Of a stretch of 38,581 nucleotides of DNA, positions 30,781 to 38,581 are shown piece by piece. Both the position numbers and the translations under genes were made by a program. Within the stretch, counting starts at the first letter, position 1, and the number at the start of each line of letters is the position of its first letter. Below the pieces are notes generated by a model. The model was not told the origin of the DNA. It did no database searches and was given only the letters and a program-made list of their open reading frames with translations. The stretch is from an uncultured Clostridia bacterium (GTDB taxonomy: Bacteria > Bacillota > Clostridia > TANB77 > CAG-508), in assembly GCA_963558405.1 (NCBI GenBank), contig CAUWGC010000017.1, forward strand, positions 1 through 38,581. The letters are read 5' to 3'.

Positions 30781-33441
30781 TTATTTTTCCATTTGACTTA
30801 TTCTTGATTCTACAGCTTTTAACATTTCTTCATATTTTTCTTTTTTACTTATTTCTGCATCTATTTTTTCTTTTGGAGCTTTTGCCATAAATCCTGAATT
30901 TGAAAGCATTTTATTAACTCTTTCTACTTCAAACTCTAATTTCTTTTTCTCTTCTTGTAATCTAATCTTCTCCGCTTCTATATCAACTAACTCTTCAAAT
31001 GGAATATATACTTCTAATCCATCTGATACAATAGACATAGCGTTTGGTGCTATATTTTCTTTGTTCTCTTGTACAGTTATTTTTTCTGCAAAACCTAATT
31101 TAAATAAAAATTCTTGTGAACAATTAATTAAATCACTTTCTTCTTTTGTAACAAATATCAATTCTGCTTTTTTAGATGGATGTACATTTAAGTTAGTTCT
31201 TATATTTCTTATACCTATAATAATTTGTTTTAATTTTTCTATTTTCTCTTCTTCTGCTTCAAAACTAAACTTATCTTCTGCATCTGGCCATTTTGATAGC
31301 ATAATACTTTCTTTTTCATGATATAGTTTTTGATAAATTTCCTCTGTAATAAATGGCATAAATGGATGTAATATTTTTAAAGAATCACATAAAACTTTAT
31401 TTAAAGTATATTGAGCTACTTTTCTTGTTTTACATTCTAAATTATATAATCTTGGTTTTACCATTTCTATATACCAATCACAAAATTCATTCCATACAAA
31501 ATCATATATTTTTTGTATTGCAACACCTAATTCAAAACTATTTAAGTTATTTGTTACTTCTTTCTTTAAATTATTTAGTTTTGATAAAATCCATCTATCC
31601 TCATAAGTAGCTTCTTTTAATAAGTTTTCTTCTTCAAAATTTTCTTCTAAAAATTTAGCATCTTCTAAATTCATTAATACAAACTTAGAAGCATTCCATA
31701 ATTTATTTGCAAAATTAGCTGCTGATTCTAACTTTTCTGGCATATATCTAATATCATTTCCAGCAGAAATTCCTAATATTAATGAAAATCTTAAACTATC
31801 TGTACCATATTTATCTATAATCTCTAATGGGTCAATTCCATTGCCTAAACTCTTAGACATTTTTCTTCCTTGACTATCACGTACAATTCCATGTATAAAT
31901 ATGTTCTTAAATGGTGCTTTGCCCATATGCTCTATTCCAGAAAAAATCATTCTAGCTACCCAGAAGAATATAATGTCATATCCTGTTACTAAAGTAGAAG
32001 TTGGATAAAATGTTTTTAAATCCTCTGTATTATCTGGCCATCCCAATGTAGAAAAAGGCCATAAAGCACTACTAAACCATGTATCCAAAGTATCTTCATC
32101 TTGATGTAAATTTTTACTTCCACATGAAGGACATTTTTCTGGTTTTTTATCTGATACTATTACTTCATCACAATCATCACAATAATATGCAGGAATACGA
32201 TGTCCCCACCATAGTTGTCTAGAAATACACCAATCTTGTATATTTTCCATCCAATTAAAATATGTTTTATCAAAACGTTCTGGAATAAATTTAACTTCAC
32301 CATTTTTTACAACATCAATTGCAGGTTTTGCTAATTGTTCCATTTTTACAAACCATTGTGCAGAAATTTTAGGTTCTATTGTATGATGACAACGATAACA
32401 TTTTCCTACATTATGTGTATAGTCTTCAATTTTAACTAAATTTCCTAATTCTTTTAGTTTTTCTACTATTTTTTCTCTTGCCTCTAATAATCCTAATCCT
32501 TCATACTCTGGAACTAAATCACCCATTAACCAATTTTCATCAAATACTTCTATTATTTCTAAATTATGTCTTAAACCTGCCATATAATCATTTGGATCAT
32601 GTGCAGGTGTTATTTTAACACAACCTGTTCCAAATTCTTTTTCTACAAATTCATCTGCAATAATTGGAATTTCTTTATTCATTATTGGTAAAATACAAGT
32701 CTTACCAACTAAATCTTTATATCTCTCATCATCTGGATTTACTGCAACTGCTGTATCTCCTAACATTGTCTCAGGTCTTGTTGTAGCAACAGTAATATAT
32801 CTATCTTCACCTTTAACCTTATATTTAATATGCCATAATTTAGTTGGTTCTTCCTCATATTCTACTTCTGCATCAGAAATAGAAGTATTACAGTAAGGAC
32901 ACCAATTAATCATTTTTTTACCTTTATATATAAGTCCTTTTTCGTATAGATTAATAAATACCTTTGTTACTGCTTTTGAAAGACCTTCATCCATAGTAAA
33001 TCTTTCACGAGACCAATCACAAGAACATCCTAATTTTTTTATTTGATTTATAATAGTAGAACCATACTCTTTTTTCCAATCCCATGCTCTTTCTAAAAAT
33101 CCATCTCTTCCAATATCTTCTTTTGTAACACCCTCTTCTTTCATTTTTGCTACAATTTTAGCCTCTGTTGCAATAGCAGCATGGTCTGTTCCAGGAACCC
33201 ATAGAGTATTATATCCTTGCATTCTTTTAAACCTAATCAAAATATCTTGTATAGTTTCATCTAATGCATGACCCATATGCAACTTTCCTGTAATATTTGG
33301 AGGTGGAATAACTATTGTATAACTTTCTTTTGTTTTATCCATACTTGGCTTAAAATATCCATTATCCTCCCAAGTTTTATAAATCTTTTCTTCAAAATCT
33401 TTTGGCTCAAATTTGTTTTCTAATTTGTGATTTTCACACAT
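30781..33441 (-). CDS. valS: Valine--tRNA ligase
   Basis: PPPNITGKLHMGH, DWCISRQLWWGH, KMSKS. Confidence 0.98.
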   Translation of the reverse strand: MCENHKLENKFEPKDFEEKIYKTWEDNGYFKPSMDKTKESYTIVIPPPNITGKLHMGHALDETIQDILIRFKRMQGYNTLWVPGTDHAAIATEAKIVAKMKEEGVTKEDIGRDGFLERAWDWKKEYGSTIINQIKKLGCSCDWSRERFTMDEGLSKAVTKVFINLYEKGLIYKGKKMINWCPYCNTSISDAEVEYEEEPTKLWHIKYKVKGEDRYITVATTRPETMLGDTAVAVNPDDERYKDLVGKTCILPIMNKEIPIIADEFVEKEFGTGCVKITPAHDPNDYMAGLRHNLEIIEVFDENWLMGDLVPEYEGLGLLEAREKIVEKLKELGNLVKIEDYTHNVGKCYRCHHTIEPKISAQWFVKMEQLAKPAIDVVKNGEVKFIPERFDKTYFNWMENIQDWCISRQLWWGHRIPAYYCDDCDEVIVSDKKPEKCPSCGSKNLHQDEDTLDTWFSSALWPFSTLGWPDNTEDLKTFYPTSTLVTGYDIIFFWVARMIFSGIEHMGKAPFKNIFIHGIVRDSQGRKMSKSLGNGIDPLEIIDKYGTDSLRFSLILGISAGNDIRYMPEKLESAANFANKLWNASKFVLMNLEDAKFLEENFEEENLLKEATYEDRWILSKLNNLKKEVTNNLNSFELGVAIQKIYDFVWNEFCDWYIEMVKPRLYNLECKTRKVAQYTLNKVLCDSLKILHPFMPFITEEIYQKLYHEKESIMLSKWPDAEDKFSFEAEEEKIEKLKQIIIGIRNIRTNLNVHPSKKAELIFVTKEESDLINCSQEFLFKLGFAEKITVQENKENIAPNAMSIVSDGLEVYIPFEELVDIEAEKIRLQEEKKKLEFEVERVNKMLSNSGFMAKAPKEKIDAEISKKEKYEEMLKAVESRISQMEK

Positions 33442-33504
33442 AAAAATTCCTCCTTATCTTTATTTACTGTGGTAAATCTTGTAATGTTTTATATTACTTA
33501 TACA

Positions 33505-33745
33505 AATAAAAACTCACCCTTGTTATAAGGGCGAGTTTTTGCTCACGGTACCACCTTAATTTATTAATACAAACATTAATTTCTTAAGTTTGATGTTAAC
33601 GTTATCAAAACGAGTTTATTTACTATTATTTCAATAAACCAACTCCAAAGCTACCTTCTGCTTATTTTTTCTAAAGAAGCTCTCAGCCAATGACTTCTAT
33701 TCTCTTTATAGAAAATATATAAACATACTCCTCTTTTTCTTTGTT
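33505..33745 (-). promoter_or_regulatory. T-box riboswitch (Val)
   Basis: AGAGA and GCTGAG stem-I motifs, specifier GTA (33652-33654), T-box AAGGTGGTACCGTG (33544-33557), terminator CTCGCCCTT..AAGGGTGAG-TTTTT. Confidence 0.92.
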
Positions 33746-33819
33746 TTTACTATGTTATTAATCTTAACATAATTTTGCCTAGATTTCAAGGCTTGTATAA
33801 AATTTTATATGTACTAAAT

Positions 33820-34632
33820 TTATAATTCAATGACATATTTCTTTATTGTTTTTAGTATATTTGATATACTTTGTCCTGTCCAATTATCATTATTAGATAA
33901 ATTATTAATAAATATGTTATCATTTAAAACTAAATTTATTATGTTTGAAACATCTTCTTTATTATTAATTTCAATATCTGTATCAAATATTAAAATCTTC
34001 ATATAATCACAAATCAACTTTTTATCTAATTTTCCTTCTGTAACTAACCAATATAAATCAAATATATCTCTATATCTAGTAGAAAGTGGACCAAATTTTA
34101 ATAATGGTATTAACTTTTCTACAAATATTTGCTCTTTCGGATTAACTAAAAATCTAATATTATCATTTATTATTTTTGTATCCAGTAACAATGTATCTTG
34201 TAAAATATCAATATGTTTATGTACTCCAATATCTAATTTTATATGATAACTTTTATTATCCTTATCAAATATTGTAACTGTTAATCTTTTTCCATGATAA
34301 TCTTGATGTGATAACTCTTCAATTTTATTTTTATCAATTTCTAATTTAAATCCATCAATAGCCTCTAACTTTCCTAATTCAACAAATATATTTACTATAT
34401 TATCTGTGGCAATAGACATATTTATTAAATCCATATCAACATCTATTGTTGCTCTTCTAATATTTTTTGTCAAGTGGAACATTACAACTCCACCTTTTAT
34501 TGTTATTTTATCACTATATTTTGAATTATAAATTCTATTTATAATAATGTCTTGACATACTTTTGAAATAGCATAGTTTCTAGAATATCCCTCTTTTATG
34601 TATACACTTACACATTCTTGGAAACTATTCAT
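33820..34632 (-). CDS. AbiEii-family nucleotidyltransferase toxin
   Basis: IKGG, RATIDVD, EKL, RYRDIFDLY. Confidence 0.85.
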   Translation of the reverse strand: MNSFQECVSVYIKEGYSRNYAISKVCQDIIINRIYNSKYSDKITIKGGVVMFHLTKNIRRATIDVDMDLINMSIATDNIVNIFVELGKLEAIDGFKLEIDKNKIEELSHQDYHGKRLTVTIFDKDNKSYHIKLDIGVHKHIDILQDTLLLDTKIINDNIRFLVNPKEQIFVEKLIPLLKFGPLSTRYRDIFDLYWLVTEGKLDKKLICDYMKILIFDTDIEINNKEDVSNIINLVLNDNIFINNLSNNDNWTGQSISNILKTIKKYVIEL

Positions 34633-35171
34633 TACATAACCTCCGTTTCGATGGTTTTTATTATATATGAATTATTAAAATTTTGTGCATACTTATATAT
34701 TTTAATAAAATTTAATTTATCTTTTATTCTTCTATAATTATTTATAACATCTTTATATAACTCATAAGGTAACTTTGATTTGTATCTTATCAATTCAATC
34801 AACATTCTTTCTTTATCATAAATATTTACATCTACGTCTTCTATTGTCATTTTTGTTAATCCAATACTTAATAATTCTTTTTTTGTAAAAATTTGCTTTA
34901 CAGAATCATTTTTTATACTTCTAGATTTTTTATCTGTTGCTAAATAATAATAATTTGGTATTTTATCTGTTAATCCATAATAGAAAAATGCACTATTTAA
35001 AGTTATTATTGCTTTAGGATATTTTTTTGTTATTACTGATAATTCACTAGGAAATTTTTCATTAGAATATATCCCCTTTTCAATTTTAAATAATTCTCCA
35101 TTACTAACTTTTTTTTCTATTTGATACCTATTAAATCCATTTTCTAATAATTCTTTATAATAATATACCAT
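34632..35171 (-). CDS. AbiEi-family antitoxin
   Basis: KIEKGIY, SAFFYYGLTDKIP, IYDKERMLIEL; overlaps the toxin start. Confidence 0.85.
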   Translation of the reverse strand: MVYYYKELLENGFNRYQIEKKVSNGELFKIEKGIYSNEKFPSELSVITKKYPKAIITLNSAFFYYGLTDKIPNYYYLATDKKSRSIKNDSVKQIFTKKELLSIGLTKMTIEDVDVNIYDKERMLIELIRYKSKLPYELYKDVINNYRRIKDKLNFIKIYKYAQNFNNSYIIKTIETEVM

Positions 35172-35188
35172 TTTTTTACCCCTCTTTT

Positions 35189-35231
35189 ATTATAACCACA
35201 GTTGTCGGCTTTTGTCAAGCAGAAGCCGACA
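35189..35231 (-). promoter_or_regulatory. abiE promoter with inverted-repeat operator
   Basis: TTGACA-18-TATAAT overlapped by TGTCGGCTT/AAGCCGACA (35203-35231); AbiEi proteins autoregulate through promoter inverted repeats. Confidence 0.6.
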
Positions 35232-35489
35232 TATATGTTTTAAGATATTTCTATATATTCATTTAATCTATTTTTATCTTTAAAATTTCTCAAAATTTAA
35301 TTATTTTTTAGTATAACCTTTTTTTTATTTTAATACTAAATTAAGTACATAATACTTAATTAATTCAAAAATTATATAATTAAAAAAGATGAATTTTCAT
35401 TTAATTTTACAATTCATCTTTTAAATTTCTAATTTATTACTTTTACTACATTATTTATATAAGAAAACGTTGTTTTTAATATATATTAT

Positions 35490-36350
35490 CTAAAAAAACT
35501 CTATACTATATTTACAAGAAAACTCTTTTTTAGGTTCTAGTTGTATTATTCTTTCTTTATTTCTAAATACTCCATCTGCATTTACTCTATCTGCTGTTGT
35601 TTGCCATGGTTCTATACATAAAAATGGTGCATTTGGTTTAGACCATAATGCTAAATATGGAAAACCTGAAAAATCAAATGTTAAAATCTTTTTGTTATCT
35701 CTTTTAGTTTTTAAACTTATATTGTGCGATGTTAACCCCTTCATAATAATTGCATCATTTTTAAAGCTTTCTTTTTCTAATACTATTGCTTTATCTTTGT
35801 ATAAGATATTTTTTCCATAATCTGTTCCAATTAATCCATCAATTAAATATAAAAAATGTATCTTTTTTTCCTCTTGCTCAAATTCTAAATAATAATTTTC
35901 GTATGGCATATCTAATTTAAAAGCAGGATGACCTCCAATACCAAATGGCATTACAGAATCTCCATCATTCATAACTCTATATTGAACAGTTAACTTATTT
36001 TCCTCTACTGTATATGTAACAAATAGAGAAAAAGTAAAAGGATATTTATCATGTGTTGTATTGTTACTTCTTAAAACATAAGAATGGAAATTTTCCATTT
36101 TAGTAATTGGTTCAAACTCTAAATCCCTTGCAAATCCATGTTGCATCATCTCATAAATTCTTCCGTCTATCATAGTTTGATTTTTCTTTAGTTTGCCTAC
36201 AATAGGAAAAAGTATTGGGCTTCTTCTTTTCCAATAAACTTTCCCACTTTTATCGGTACAGTCAGCTCCCTGGTGTAACATCTCTTTACCATTCCACTTA
36301 ATACTAACAAGCTCTGCACCAGTTCTTACAGATTGTATCTCTAAACTCAT
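35490..36350 (-). CDS. Aldose 1-epimerase family (LacX-like) protein
   Basis: GAELVS, PILFPIVG, HGFARD, GGHPAF, LCIEPW. Confidence 0.9.
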   Translation of the reverse strand: MSLEIQSVRTGAELVSIKWNGKEMLHQGADCTDKSGKVYWKRRSPILFPIVGKLKKNQTMIDGRIYEMMQHGFARDLEFEPITKMENFHSYVLRSNNTTHDKYPFTFSLFVTYTVEENKLTVQYRVMNDGDSVMPFGIGGHPAFKLDMPYENYYLEFEQEEKKIHFLYLIDGLIGTDYGKNILYKDKAIVLEKESFKNDAIIMKGLTSHNISLKTKRDNKKILTFDFSGFPYLALWSKPNAPFLCIEPWQTTADRVNADGVFRNKERIIQLEPKKEFSCKYSIEFF

Positions 36351-36375
36351 GTATTTAAAACCTCCCTATGCTTTA

Positions 36376-36573
36376 TTACATATTAAAAAAGAAAATAAGG
36401 GCTCCTATTATAGAAATAATAAATCCTAACATTTTTAAGCCCATTGAAGCATCATTTTGATCACCAAAACTAAATAGTTTTTTAGTAATCACTCTTGCAT
36501 CAAAAACCATTACAACACCAAGTAATGCTATTAAAGAACTTATAATTAATATAATTATTTTCCCAATCTCCAT
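36376..36573 (-). CDS. Small 2-TM membrane protein
   Basis: 65 aa, two hydrophobic segments, AAGGA RBS. Confidence 0.7.
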   Translation of the reverse strand: MEIGKIIILIISSLIALLGVVMVFDARVITKKLFSFGDQNDASMGLKMLGFIISIIGALIFFFNM

Positions 36574-36791
36574 TTTTATTTCATCCTTTTTATATTATTA
36601 TACCTATATTATGTTATTTTTATTAAAATGTCAAGATTTATCGCGGGAATTGTTGAATTTTGTCAGTGAAGTTAGATTGAAGTTGTAAATTTTTATCACT
36701 TCTACTTCCATATTTTCATTTAACTTTCCCTCTATAAATATTACTACTATTCTTTTATTTTTTGATAATTATAATTCTTTATATATACAAA

Positions 36792-36829
36792 AACTGTATA
36801 ACTCAAATTTAATTTTGAGTTATACAGTT
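36792..36829. terminator. Hairpin terminator
   Basis: aactgtataactcaaa / tttgagttatacagtt. Confidence 0.7.
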
Positions 36830-37006
36830 ATATTTTAACGATTAAAAATTTCCCCTTGTACCTTTTGCTCATACTTACGTATGCTCAAAAGCTCCAATGT
36901 TAAATTTTCCACATTAGCGTACTTTGTTCGCTAATGTAATATGCGACTTATTCAATTATTCTATTAACTTGAACACGAGTTCGTTCTATTGTATCGCTAC
37001 CAGCTT

Positions 37007-38378
37007 TTACAGCGTTACATAAAGTGCTGGGCGACTGGAATAGTTGCCATCGGTACCGGTCGGAGAGCTGACGCCACAATGGGACGCTGGGTACCAAATG
37101 CTACTGCTTGCACTGCGGTAAAAGCCTCCACGAATAGAACGATTGGAAGTGCTGTACGCTTCTTGTGTCCATTCCCAAAAATTACCTTCTAGGTCATAGA
37201 TATTTTTCATTACGTCTGTTGTGTTTCCTGATTGCTTTTCTGATGTAGGCTGTCTATCTTGATGAGCAATCTGAGCTTCATCTCCTAAAAACTTGATAAC
37301 TTGGTCATACTGGCTTCCGCCATATCATATCTTTATTTACAACTTCATCTTCTGTTGCCTTATGTCTTATTGTCTTATATAATCCATACCACATATTTCC
37401 TGATGAAGAACTTGCATTTAATACAGTTTGCTCTCTTTTAGTAGTTCCTCCTGCACCTACCTCATATCTACCTAAATAAAAACCACCATAAGTATATACG
37501 CTTTTAACCATTTCTATAAAATCGCTATTCATTTGTGTTAATAGGTTTTGAGCCGTTCCTAATTCATGGTAATTACTACTTGAATTATCATATTCATTTC
37601 CATCACCACTACTATTTCCTGTTACTACTGCTGGCTCTCTTCTACCTGAATTAGTGCTATACCTTTGATTTGTTTGCGAAAAATATGTTGTACTAGAATA
37701 TACTCCTCCACCTGTATCTTTTCGAGTTGTATCATATATCTTTCCTGCAAGTTCTTCTGAATTATGTGTTGCACATTTTAATTTTAATTCATTTGGTGAT
37801 TCTGAATCTTCTACCTTTATTATATTACACTGGGTATCAGCTGTCTTACTTTTACACATCACCATATCATTTATTTCATCTACTGGAATCCATACATATT
37901 GATTTCTTGTTTTCTGTGCTTCATTTACATTTGCATTTGTTACTTCTTCTGTTCCTTCATATATTACCAAACCACCCTCTATTGTATTTTCTCCATCAGC
38001 CTTTGACACAACATATCCTTTTGGAATTGGCGCATGTCTCTCTCCTTCTGTTACAACCTCTGGCACTTTTTCCTTATCCCAATTTTCTGGGTCTGTTGGG
38101 TCTTTTGGTCCTGGTGGGTTTGGTGGGTCTATTTCTCCTCCTCCAATACCACTCTCTATTTCATTCATCTCATTTAACATATTTTGCATCAATTCTTTTT
38201 CCTCTGCTGATGCATTTGTCATATTCTGCTTTGCTTCTTTTGCCTTTGTGATAATACCATTATCACCTACTACCAAGCTTATTGTTACACCTGCTAATAT
38301 TATTAGCACTATTACTGTTATTACTAATGCTATTAGTGTTATACCAAAATTACCCTTTTTTATTTTCATCTTCTTCAC
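37007..38378 (-). CDS. Type IV pilin-like protein with a C-terminal FGE/CLec-type domain, split by a +1 frameshift at CGGA (37316-37319); 456 aa when rejoined
   Basis: Prepilin-like G/ITLIALVITVIVLIILAGV; YVWIPV, GGFYLGRYE; TGG CGGA AGC gives MIWGSQYDQV running without a stop into NIYDLEGNFWEWT...RGG...SSRPALY. Confidence 0.85.
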
Positions 38379-38581
38379 TTTATTTCTCCTCCTTTGTATT
38401 TTTAGTATTTGCCTTTATTTGGCTTTTATTCTTTGGGTTTACTTTTATTTATTTTTGTTTTTATTTTTTCTTTTTAATTTATATTTTCCTTTGAAATCAC
38501 TTCTATTTAAGAAGATTTCTCTCACTATCTGTAAATGTTAAAATAAAACTGATAGAAAAATTCAAAATAAAATTGATAGAA

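Noticed and set aside
36700-38581. Complete DGR cassette
   Set aside because: No reverse transcriptase, accessory gene or second copy of the variable region is present in the window.

Overview
Low-GC Clostridia-type chromosomal window, mostly on the minus strand. It holds housekeeping genes (yvcK, murB, fmt-def-priA, valS with a T-box), sporulation genes (spoIIAA-spoIIAB-sigF, spoIID, a SpoIIQ-like M23 peptidase), a suf Fe-S operon with mnmA/tcdA under a Cys-tailed DtxR-family regulator, an ISLre2-type IS, an AbiE toxin-antitoxin pair, eight tRNA genes and a pilin-like protein with a DGR-type variable C-terminus. The main signal: four unrelated genes (murB, sufD, sigF, the pilin-like gene) are each broken by the same +1 frameshift, an in-frame CGG-N where skipping the C gives a Gly codon and restores the full-length protein. 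The window also encodes a divergent tRNA-Gly (20728-20801) whose anticodon arm can refold to an 8-nt loop presenting UCCG, the exact complement of CGGA. Together these suggest natural quadruplet decoding (CGGN = Gly) or tRNA-driven +1 frameshifting. Four orphan ORFs carry in-frame CGG that must be read as a triplet, so the recoding cannot be absolute if those ORFs are expressed.
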